In this document: in pieces, positions 10,501 to 17,153 of the stretch
How positions within the stretch are numbered: the stretch's first letter is position 1
Layout of the letters: each line of letters opens with the position of its first letter
Source: Acidobacteriota bacterium
GTDB lineage: Bacteria > Acidobacteriota > Blastocatellia > RBC074
DNA length: 64,000 nt
Assembly: GCA_043740245.1 (NCBI GenBank)
Contig: JAYUCP010000171.1
Coordinates: 5,835-69,834 of the forward strand
Direction of reading: 5' to 3'
Notes under the pieces: generated by a model
The model's input: the letters and a program-made list of their open reading frames with translations, nothing else
Told to the model about the DNA's origin: nothing
Database searches by the model: none
Program-made: the position numbers and the translations under genes

Positions 10501-12238
10501 TGCCGCCGCCGGAGGTGAGGCCGCCCAACAGCGCCACCCAACTCGTCCCATTCCATTTCGCGATGCCTCTGGTTGTCCCCTCGCTGGCGGTAATCGTGAA
10601 AGCCCCGCCCGCATATACGTCGCCGTTGGCGCTCACCGCAATCGCGCGAACCTCAGAGCCGGCGCCGCCCGCGAGGCCGTTGCCGAGCGCCGACCATTGC
10701 GTGCCGTCCCATTTGACGATGTTGTTGGCGGTGACGCCGCCCGCCACGGCGAACTGGCCGCCGACGTAAACATCAGCGCCGTGTATCGTGACCGCCGCGA
10801 TGTAGGGCGGAATGTTGCTGCTGCCGTATGAAGTGAAGATCGCCTTGCCGCCGCCGCCCAGCGCCGCCCACGCCGCGCCATTCCAGCGCGCCAGGTTGCT
10901 CACATTCGGCCCGCCCACGCCGCGAAAATCGCCGCCCACATAAAGGTCGCCGCCCGTGGCCGCCAGTGCATAAACAGCCACGACTAAGTTCGTCCCGCTG
11001 GCCGCCACACCGTTGCTGAGCGCCGCCCAGCTTGTGCCATTCCACTCCGCGATGTTGTTCACGGTCACGCCGCCCGCCGTCACAAAGCTGCCGCCCGCCG
11101 CGAGATTGCCGCCGCGCACCGCCAGCGCCCTGACCTTGAGCGAGTCGCTCAAGTTCGCGCCCAAGCCGCTGCCGAGTGCCGCCCACGCGCTGCCGTTCCA
11201 GCGTGCCAGACGGCTGGCGCTGACGCCGCCAATCGTGGTGAAGCCACCCCCCGCGACGAGTTCGCCGTTGTAAAACGCCAAGGCATAAACCGTGGCGCTC
11301 GCGCCCGTGCCCAGCGCCGTCCACGCGCTGCCGTCCCAACGCGCCACGCGATTCACCGTCACCCCGCCCGCCGCCGTGAAATCGCCGCCCGCATAAAGCT
11401 CCGCGCCGTTGAGCGTCAGCGCGAAGACCTGTCCTGCAAAAGGCGGCGCTGTCAGGCCCGGGCCGAGCGCCGCCCACGCGCTGCCGTTCCAGAGCGCGAT
11501 ATTATTCACGGTCACGCCACCCGCTGTGCTGAAGACGCCGCCGACGTAAACATTCGCGCCGCTGATGGCGATGGCGCTGACGTTCGGATTGAAAGCCGAA
11601 CTCAGTCCTGTTCCCAAAGCCGACCAAGTGCTGCCGTTCCATTTAGCTATCCCTTTGATGGCCGCGCCACCCGCCGTCGTGAATGTGCCGCCCGCATACA
11701 CGTCGTTGCCGCTCACGGCCAGCGCCAGCACGTCGCTGCCGAGACCGCTGCCCAGCGCCGACCACGCGCTGCCGTTCCATTTGGCGATGCGGTTGGCGCT
11801 GAGCGTGCCGACCAGCGTGAACGTCCCGCCGATATAAATGTCGCCCGTCGCGCTGACGGCTACGGCATTGACTTGGCCGACGGGGCCGGGCGCGTAAAAC
11901 TGCGTGTCCCAGTTTTCATCGCAGGTGGCAGCCGGAGCCGCGCTCGCCAGAAAGCGCGGCGCGCCATTGGCGGCCAACGCCATGCGCCAACCGCGCGCGT
12001 CGAAGCTGCCGCGCAAGTCCGGCGCGCCTTTCAGCGTGCCATCCGCATTGAGCAGGCCCGGATTGAGCGCCGTTGCCAAGGACGCGGATGCGCCGGGCCG
12101 CAGTGACGGCGCGTCCTGTGTCGCCCCGGCCTGGCGCGGCGTGAAGCTGAAGGTTGCGAACACGCTGGCGGCCAGCAGCAGGCCGAGCAGGGCAGCGCGT
12201 GTGAAGGGCGCTGATGGTTGGTGAAATACGCGAGGCAT
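4571..12238 (-). CDS. Giant secreted surface/adhesin-like protein (~2556 aa): Kelch-like propeller repeats, 14 Ig-like repeats, PKD-like domain, C-terminal FG-GAP/VCBS propeller
   Basis: AAGGAG RBS plus ATG at 12238 and signal peptide. The N-terminal third has ~50-aa repeats YAGG.F..AGGV..NNIAKWNGS.WSALG.G. Then 14 repeats of ~84 aa (..TQPANQTVCAG..ATFSV.ATG..L.YQWRK.GVNIGGA..S..TI...TAADA..YDVVV.GACG.VTS..A.LTVN). Then a PKD-like segment. Then ~7 repeats of GDYDGDG.DIAVWR....WY. Confidence 0.85.
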   Translation of the reverse strand: MPRVFHQPSAPFTRAALLGLLLAASVFATFSFTPRQAGATQDAPSLRPGASASLATALNPGLLNADGTLKGAPDLRGSFDARGWRMALAANGAPRFLASAAPAATCDENWDTQFYAPGPVGQVNAVAVSATGDIYIGGTFTLVGTLSANRIAKWNGSAWSALGSGLGSDVLALAVSGNDVYAGGTFTTAGGAAIKGIAKWNGSTWSALGTGLSSAFNPNVSAIAISGANVYVGGVFSTAGGVTVNNIALWNGSAWAALGPGLTAPPFAGQVFALTLNGAELYAGGDFTAAGGVTVNRVARWDGSAWTALGTGASATVYALAFYNGELVAGGGFTTIGGVSASRLARWNGSAWAALGSGLGANLSDSLKVRALAVRGGNLAAGGSFVTAGGVTVNNIAEWNGTSWAALSNGVAASGTNLVVAVYALAATGGDLYVGGDFRGVGGPNVSNLARWNGAAWAALGGGGKAIFTSYGSSNIPPYIAAVTIHGADVYVGGQFAVAGGVTANNIVKWDGTQWSALGNGLAGGAGSEVRAIAVSANGDVYAGGAFTITASEGTTRGIAKWNGTSWVALLGGLTSGGGTVHAIAISGNDVYAGGSFTTACSNAACTTFFPASGIAKWDGSAWSALGSGIGGSFSFVFALAVSGNNLYLGGRYDTAGGVIANGIAKWNGSAWSALGSGIGPSLQSNTVRALAVRGNELYVGGTFTSAGGAPAASIAKWNESTSTWSALGSGIPSHTVYALAVSGNSIYATGDFTIAGGLTGVNELARWNALNNTWSAVGSGLGGGFNNSSAVGTALAAAGGQLYLGGNFTTAGGQQAQFFAHYTEGTAVIATQPANQTVCPGQAATFTAVVTASNGTLSYQWRKNGVNVAGATNNSYTTPTVTAADNGALFDVVVVNACGASVVSTAATLTVNNPPTITAQPVAATVCAGDTATFSVSATGATNYQWRKNGAAISGANAATLIINNAQPGDAGAYTVDVVNTCGTVSSNAATLIVNTAPVISAQPASQMLCAGGTATFSVTATGATGYQWKKDGSFIAGATGTTLTISNAQAADAGGYTVEASNGCGTTASATATLSVNAVTAITAQPAGQTVCNGATASLAVTATGTNLTYQWRNDGVNIGGATGSSFTIATATAAQAANYDVVVTGACGSVTSTVATLTVNAATVINTQPTSQTLCTGTAATFSVAASGTALTYQWRKDGVNIGGANGSSYAIAGVTPADAASYDVVVSGACGTLTSTAATLTVNALTSINTQPANQTVCAGTPATFSVAATGTNLLYQWRKDGASVNGANSSSFTIPAATAADAASYDVVVSGACGSVTSSAASLAVNTTTAINTQPANQTVCAGAAASFSVAATGASLSYQWRKGGVNIGGATGSSFIIANASAADVASYDVVVSGACGSVTSTVATLTVNAATAINTQPTSQTVCAGTPATFSATATGTNLTYQWRKNGNLINGANGGSFTIAAATAADAANYEVVVSGACGVLTSSAATLTVNATTAINAQPTNQASCLGGAVTFAVNATGTSLAYQWRKGGVNIGGANGSTLTLAAVTAGDAGSYDVVVSGACGSVTSAAASLTLTEATAINTQPASQTACPGGAATFSVAASGAGTVTYQWRKGGVNIGGANVASLTINPVSAADAGNYDVIVNSTCGSVTSSAVTLTVNATTAINTQPANQTVCAGTSATFSVAASGTGLTYQWRKGGVNISGANGSSFTIATANAADAASYDVVVTGACGSTTSSAASLAVNTTTAINTQPANQTVCAGAAATFSVVATGASLSYQWRKGGVNIGGATAASFTINQVTAGDAAAYDVIVSGACGTVTSSAATLTVNTTTAISTQPQSATVCAGAPASFSVTAAGAGLSYQWRKDGVNISGATAASYNLASATAAQAGSYDVVVTGACGTVTSSAATLTVNPATAISAQPASQTANAGQSVAFAVTATGASLNYQWRKNGAAISGATASSYTIAAVTAADAGNYDVVVTGACGALTSNPAALTVGGGCATPVVSITSPPSGSIYPVGTAVNFTGAFTDAAGGTHSATWSFDAGTQPGVVNEAAGTVSASHTFTEAGVYQVTLTVSNGCGGQGTAITSGGLTALVVVYDPSAGFVTGGGWIVSPPGAYPPNPSLTGKASFGFVSKYKKGATIPTGETEFQFALANLNFHSTLYEWLVVAGARAQYKGAGTINNTGDYRFILTAIDGQQSGGGGQDKFRIRIWNNNGGGLVYDNQMNAPDSADPTTVLGGGQIVIHTGGNGNGLAAQSLVFGDFDGDGQADLTVWRGQTGEWLMLESNAASVRAELWGSSAAPYFDVPVAGDYDGDGKMDLAVFRRSTGMWFIKCSRDGAVISKLWGLGTDIPVPGDYDGDGQTDIAVWRGAESNWYILYSGRSSDQQVQTISWGVSTAPYRDVPVPADFDGDGQTDVAVFRQATGYWYIKQSSDGQVIARPWGLGTDIPVAADYDGDGKADIAVWRGAEGNWYVLRSSDDEVQAFAWGTAALGDVPVPGDYDGDGRADVAVWRARDSNWYVRLSRTGSVMTRAHGQTGDTPITAKQP
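6221..9751. repeat. 14 tandem 252-bp coding repeats (Ig-like domains) with high nucleotide identity
   Basis: 84-aa protein repeats counted 14 times (YQWRK motif). Spurious antisense ORFs in the six-frame track recur with exact 252-bp spacing (7551, 7803, 8307, 8559 and so on). Confidence 0.8.
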
Positions 12239-12365
12239 AGCAGTCTCCTTGGTTGGCTCTTTGTGTAGTTGTGATTGAAAGTGAATGAATAGGCAGCGCC
12301 GCGCACTGCGTCGCCGCACAGGTTGAGCGCGCGCCGGTGCGGTACGCGCGCGCGGTATATGGAAA

Positions 12366-12580
12366 ACACACCAAGATGTCGGGTGCGGAGAGCCAGCGGT
12401 ACGGAACCGGGAGCGACCGGGTGCCCCCGAGTAGGTCTAACGCGGAGTCACCCGGTCGCTATCGCTCGCGGTTCCGTACCGGCGCATTCCGTGCATCTTG
12501 GTGTAGCGTTTCTATAGCGACCTGGCGCCTCCGAATGCGCACAACGCGGAGTCACCAAGTCGCTACCGCTCCTCGTACCG
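12366..12580. repeat. Nested intergenic palindrome plus direct repeat
   Basis: acaccaagatg (12368-12378) pairs with catcttggtgt (12496-12506). cggtacggaaccgggagcgaccgggtg (12399-12425) pairs with cacccggtcgctatcgctcgcggttccgtaccg (12450-12482). A direct partial copy aacgcggagtcacc..gtcgcta.cgctc recurs at 12543-12580. It lies between the 12595 gene stop and the giant-gene start. Confidence 0.5.
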
Positions 12581-12594
12581 TATCAGGCAGCCAC

Positions 12595-13440
12595 TCACTG
12601 CACTTGATCCACGAGCGTCAGCACTTGTGTGCGCACGGTTTTGCGCGCGGCGTTGCTTTGCGCCGTCGCGTCAGCGATGTTCACGCCCGGCAGCACCTTG
12701 GCGGTGAGTTCCGGCGGATATTGCGTTTCGAGTTGCGCGAACTTGTCGAAGAAGCTGATTGAGATCAGGCCGTAATCCCGCTCAGTCCCGCCGGGGTAGC
12801 GCACGGCAAACCGTTGCCAGCCCCTTTGCATGCCGCGTTTGACGCGTTCCTCGTGCAGCGGCTTCCAGTATTTGGCGATCAAGGCGGTGTATTCCGCGCC
12901 CTTGCCCGGCTCCACCTTTTGAAAATTGATCTCGGCCACGGGCGGCAGCGGTTGCGGGTTGAGCGCCGTGCTGTCGAGCAGCGTGACCAGCTCCGAGCGC
13001 ACCAGGCGGATCAGCCCACGCGAACGCGCCAGGAGTTCGGTGGCGGTCGTGTTCGGAAAGACCTTGGTGAAAATCGCCGCTGGATAAGGCGTTTCGACAT
13101 CGGCGAACTTGTCGAAAGTCGTGATGGTGACCCGGTCGTATTCGCGGGCGGCGCCGCCGGGAAAGCGCACGTTCCACACCGACCAGGATTTGATGATGCC
13201 CTGTTTGACGCGCTCGCGTTGGATGGGCAGATAAGCCTCTTGTTCCAGCTTGCGATACTCCGCGGCTTTGCCCGGTTCGAATTTGAAATACTCGAACAAG
13301 GCGTATTTCGGCCCCGTCGGCGAGGCGAGTTGCCCTTGCGCTTGACTGCGGTTGAGCAGGCTTGGCGCGCAAAGCGTGAGCAGCACAAACAACGCGAGCC
13401 ACAACGAACGATGCGAGCCTTGGTGAATTCCGTGTGTCAT
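12595..13440 (-). CDS. Secreted tandem NIPSNAP-like domain protein (paralog of 13507..14358)
   Basis: AAGGAG RBS plus ATG at 13440 and signal peptide. Two ~125-aa internal repeats carrying F.KVEPGK.AEY....YW.P...ERV..G...W.....RYPGG..R(E/D)Y..(I/V)....FDKF. This is the NIPSNAP-like pattern, assigned from memory. Confidence 0.75.
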   Translation of the reverse strand: MTHGIHQGSHRSLWLALFVLLTLCAPSLLNRSQAQGQLASPTGPKYALFEYFKFEPGKAAEYRKLEQEAYLPIQRERVKQGIIKSWSVWNVRFPGGAAREYDRVTITTFDKFADVETPYPAAIFTKVFPNTTATELLARSRGLIRLVRSELVTLLDSTALNPQPLPPVAEINFQKVEPGKGAEYTALIAKYWKPLHEERVKRGMQRGWQRFAVRYPGGTERDYGLISISFFDKFAQLETQYPPELTAKVLPGVNIADATAQSNAARKTVRTQVLTLVDQVQ

Positions 13441-13506
13441 GATTTTTCTCCTTGTTGGGTTGTGATTGAAATTGAAGGTAAGTGAAGCACTGCGACATGC
13501 GGCCGC

Positions 13507-14358
13507 TCACTGCACGTAATCGCCCAGCGCCAGCAACTCCGTCCGCACCTGCCGGCGCGCCGCATTCGTCTGGGCGCTGATGTCGGCGTATTTGAGGCCC
13601 GGATGCACCTTCTCCAGAATGCCCGCCGGCAGCGCCTCCATCTGTTCGAACTTGTCGAAGAGGTCCACCGAGACGTGGCTGTATTCACGGTCAGAGCCGC
13701 CGGGGAAGCGCAACGCGGTCAGCGCCCAGCCGCACATGCCGCCGCGCGTGATGCGCTCCTGCCAGAGCGGTTTCCAGTATTTGCGCGAGATTTCAACGTA
13801 GGCCGGCCCTTTGCCCGGCTCCGTTTTCATGAAGTTCAGACTCATGAATTTCGGCAACGCGGTGGGCTGAATGCTGTCGAGCACCTGCACCACTTCGCTG
13901 CGCACCATCTTGCGCAGCGAGCCGGTGTAAGCCAGCACGTCCGCCATTTTTTTCTCCGGGTGTTCCTTGGCGAAGCTGGCGAAGACCGCCGGCGGATAGG
14001 GCGTTTCGAGATCCGTGAACTTGTCGAAGGTAGTGATGAGCACCACGTCGTATTCGCGGGCCAGGCCGCCGGGGTAGCGCACGAGCCACTGCCACCACGC
14101 GCGGATCGCCCCGGCCTTGATGCGCTCGCGGTGAATCGGCATCCAGACGTCGCGTTCGTCCTTGCGATAGTCGGCGTTCTTGCCCGGCTCGATCTTCAGG
14201 TATTCCAGCAGGGCGAATTTCGGCGGCGCGGCCTGTGTGGCTTGTGCCGGAGTTTGCGGATAGGCGCGCTGCATCAGGCGCGGCGTGCAAAGCGCGAGCA
14301 GCACGAGCAACGCGAAACAAAGCGCGCGGATCGAGAAGCGGTGAATTACGTGTGTCAT
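13507..14358 (-). CDS. Secreted tandem NIPSNAP-like domain protein (paralog of 12595..13440)
   Basis: AGGAGA RBS plus ATG at 14358 (leader MTHVIHRFSIRALCFALLVLLALCTP). The ORF extends upstream to 14442 but without an RBS. Clear paralogy to 12595..13440 across both domains. Confidence 0.75.
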   Translation of the reverse strand: MTHVIHRFSIRALCFALLVLLALCTPRLMQRAYPQTPAQATQAAPPKFALLEYLKIEPGKNADYRKDERDVWMPIHRERIKAGAIRAWWQWLVRYPGGLAREYDVVLITTFDKFTDLETPYPPAVFASFAKEHPEKKMADVLAYTGSLRKMVRSEVVQVLDSIQPTALPKFMSLNFMKTEPGKGPAYVEISRKYWKPLWQERITRGGMCGWALTALRFPGGSDREYSHVSVDLFDKFEQMEALPAGILEKVHPGLKYADISAQTNAARRQVRTELLALGDYVQ

Positions 14359-14488
14359 GGTTTTGATCTCCTGGTTGGTTCGGTTGTGATTGTGGGCAAA
14401 TGAATGTGCGGCGGGTGCGGAAACGGCACGGCGGGCGGCCATCCGCCCAGCTTGATGCCGTTACTTCGCCGCCGCGCTTGCAATCGCG

Positions 14489-15034
14489 CTAAGGCGTTCC
14501 GAAGCGCTTCTTCATCTCGGCGTCAATCTCCAGCAGTGTGAAAACTTGCGTCGGGCTGCCTGCGGGACGGAACTGCACGTGGGGGAAGTCCTTCAGCTTT
14601 TTGAATAATCCGCCCGGCGTCAGGCCCAGCTTCTGCGCCTCTTCGACGTAGACCCGATAGCCGTTCTGGCCTTTCACCAGTTTGCTGATGGAAAATTCCG
14701 CCTTGCCGTCCACCAGCCAGAAACAGTCCATGGCTTCACCCCACTGATGCCAGGACAAACCGGGCGGAGCGTCGGTGACGTGACCGCCGTGCTGCGGCCC
14801 GACGCTCTCCAGACAATGCGCCAGAAAATCAGCGCCGGCGGACTGCAAGTCTTTGATCTTTGCTTTGATCTCTCCGCCGGGGCGGGCTTGCCGCCAGAGC
14901 CGGGCCTGCTCGAACGGATCGCGCAGCGTCTGGCTCGGGCGCATCTCGATGCCTCTGGCCAGACAGTTTTTCAAAAGCTCTTTGGCAATAGGTCTGAGTT
15001 TCGGAATCAGGTCGTTGATGTCTCGTGATGCCAT
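14489..15034 (-). CDS. Peptidase M15 family (VanY / L-alanyl-D-glutamate endopeptidase-like) zinc peptidase
   Basis: GAGGGG RBS plus ATG at 15034. Motif SWHQWGEAMD fits the LAS/M15 S.H..G.A.D zinc-ligand signature. Size ~180 aa. Confidence 0.7.
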   Translation of the reverse strand: MASRDINDLIPKLRPIAKELLKNCLARGIEMRPSQTLRDPFEQARLWRQARPGGEIKAKIKDLQSAGADFLAHCLESVGPQHGGHVTDAPPGLSWHQWGEAMDCFWLVDGKAEFSISKLVKGQNGYRVYVEEAQKLGLTPGGLFKKLKDFPHVQFRPAGSPTQVFTLLEIDAEMKKRFGTP

Positions 15035-15064
15035 AACATTCCCCTCTTTGGTTTGGAACAAACG

Positions 15065-15898
15065 TTAGCCGATCAGGCGCTCGCCAATCAGAAACGTTTC
15101 CCTGAATTTGGCGAGACCGTGGGAGCCGCCATTGACGAGGCGGCGTGCTTCTTTGAAGTTGCGGGCGAGCAGGGCTTCCTTGATCGCGCGTTCTTTCGCT
15201 TTCAGAAACGACGCCAGCAACCGCGCCGCAATGGCCGGCTCGTTGGCGCGCTCCGGCTTATCAACCAACTCATCGCCCAACCCAATGGCTGCGCCATGCA
15301 CGCGATAGTTGGCGCGCCCGGTCAGTTGGATGAAACCGCGCCCTTTGAAACTGGCGCCGTCCGGCACACCTTGATTGCCCAAATCCTTGCGGTTGTCGTA
15401 GAGATCGAAAGGATGACCGCCCGGCGAAGTATTAAATTTGGATTTGAACTCGCTGAGCGGCTCGAAGCCTTCGGTCTCGACGCGAATCGTAGCCAGCGCC
15501 ATCAGGATCATGTTTTTATCTCCCAGCCCTTCTGCCAACTCTGCGTCGGCCATTGCTTGCAAGACAACGGGCAGATTCGCGCTGATGTTTTTGACGGGCG
15601 TGAGCGGGAACATCTGCCGGACGAGCGCGACCGTGAACCTTTCGAGGATGGGTTTGCCGGTCGCGGGCGGCAACTCCACCGGAGCGCCCGCCCCGAATTT
15701 GTTCAGTTCAGCCAGCGTGTCCTTGCCAGCCTTGCCGTCCGCCAATAGCCCGTGACTTTTCTGAAAGCCCCGCAGCGCGATGTCCGTGGCGTCGTCAAAC
15801 GTTCCACTCGGCGGGCCGGGATTGAATCCCGCCGCGCCCAGCTTCTCCTGTAGTTTGAAAATTTCCGGGCCGGAGTCGCCCTTTTTCCAGAAAGACAT
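15065..15898 (-). CDS. Peptidoglycan-binding domain + GH19-family lysozyme/chitinase-like muramidase
   Basis: AAAGGGGAA RBS plus ATG at 15898. The N-terminal GDSGPEIFKLQEKLGAAGFNPGPPSGTFDDATDIALRGFQKSHGLLADG is a PG_binding_1-like repeat. The C-terminal KGRGFIQLTGRANY matches the GH19 catalytic signature. Confidence 0.7.
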   Translation of the reverse strand: MSFWKKGDSGPEIFKLQEKLGAAGFNPGPPSGTFDDATDIALRGFQKSHGLLADGKAGKDTLAELNKFGAGAPVELPPATGKPILERFTVALVRQMFPLTPVKNISANLPVVLQAMADAELAEGLGDKNMILMALATIRVETEGFEPLSEFKSKFNTSPGGHPFDLYDNRKDLGNQGVPDGASFKGRGFIQLTGRANYRVHGAAIGLGDELVDKPERANEPAIAARLLASFLKAKERAIKEALLARNFKEARRLVNGGSHGLAKFRETFLIGERLIG

Positions 15899-16179
15899 CT
15901 CGTGATTCCCCTTTCGTTAGTGCAGCGTTATCGGTGGTGAATACTTGCTGCGGACTTTGGTTGTTAGCGCCACCTGCCCCGCCACAATGCTCGGTTAAAA
16001 ACCGCCGTCATCCCGGTAGCGCAAACTGTTAGTTTGCGGTTCTTCAGGGCACGGCGCGCGCGTCATTGCGCGGCGTGCCAGCAACGCTTGGGCGCGACAC
16101 ACGAGCGCTTCAGACGTCGGGCTGCGCGCCGCTCTCTGACCACGCGCTTGCCGTGCCCTGAACAACACGGCCCGCGCGT

Positions 16180-17067
16180 TTATTGAAAGCCCGCCTTCTT
16201 CTCTTCCGGCGTTTGCCTGAAGTCCGCCGGCACGCGCAGTTCGCCCTCTTCGAGATAAAACTCCCTGAGCGCCTTGACCTTCACTTTCACGGGCGTGGCG
16301 GTGGCGCCGTTGGCGCGCAGTTCGCCGTCGGCCTCCTGCGTTTCCTTGAGCCGTTCGGCGATGGTATTGGGCCGCGCAATGACGAGGCGCACGCCGCGGC
16401 TCAACTCCGCATCGGTAAACGTGCGGCCGCTGAAGCTGACCGCCAGCACCTGATCGAAGTCCGGCGGCGCGCTGATGAAATGGGCCAGGAAAAGTTCCTG
16501 GCCTTTGCCGAAGAGCAGGTATTCCAGACGGGCGGCGGGCGCGGCGGGCGTGAACTCGCGGAAGTGGATGACCTGTTTGACATTCACGGTAAAGTGCTCG
16601 GCCTGCGGGCGGTTGTCAGGTAGTTCGAGATGGTCGCGAAAAAAGCTGGCCTGAAACGCGCTCAGCTTGGCGCGGCTCGCCACCAGATTGGGCAGGACGA
16701 ACTTTTTTTCCGGGCCCAAGGTGTAGATTTTGGTCTCCGGATGGGCCTTCCGGTCAGCGGCATAGAGCGCCTGTGGGTCGCTGCCCGGCTTCGTAAAGGT
16801 CGCTTCCAAAATCATCTGGTAACGATGCGGCGAGACGAACCCGTCGCCGCTGAACATCGGCAGATGGGAAAGAAAGACCGTCTCTTGCCCGACGATCAGC
16901 ATGTTGTGAGTGGCCGCCTTTTCAGCCGCTGCGGCGTGATGTTCCGGCACGGCGAAACGCGCAGCGGCGCGAGACGCTTGCTGCTTTTGCGCGAAGCTGG
17001 ATTGATCGGGCGCGGCGATCAACACAATCGCCCAGAGCGTGGCGATGAACAGGGAATGATTTTTCAT
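16180..17067 (-). CDS. Secreted hypothetical protein
   Basis: AGGAGA RBS plus ATG at 17067 and signal peptide MKNHSLFIATLWAIVLIAAP. No recognisable domain. Confidence 0.6.
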   Translation of the reverse strand: MKNHSLFIATLWAIVLIAAPDQSSFAQKQQASRAAARFAVPEHHAAAAEKAATHNMLIVGQETVFLSHLPMFSGDGFVSPHRYQMILEATFTKPGSDPQALYAADRKAHPETKIYTLGPEKKFVLPNLVASRAKLSAFQASFFRDHLELPDNRPQAEHFTVNVKQVIHFREFTPAAPAARLEYLLFGKGQELFLAHFISAPPDFDQVLAVSFSGRTFTDAELSRGVRLVIARPNTIAERLKETQEADGELRANGATATPVKVKVKALREFYLEEGELRVPADFRQTPEEKKAGFQ

Positions 17068-17153
17068 GGTTTTTCTCCTGTTCGTAGTCCCGGCTTCAGG
17101 CGGCAGCGCGCGTCAGCCAAGCCCTGCCGCCTGAAGCCGGGACTACGAACGTT

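Noticed and set aside
10773-11477. 234-aa minus-strand ORF in another frame of the giant gene
   Set aside because: It is an overlapping-frame artefact inside the propeller-repeat region.
14489-15898. Prophage
   Set aside because: Only the two lysis-type enzymes are present. No integrase, terminase, capsid or tail genes lie within the window.
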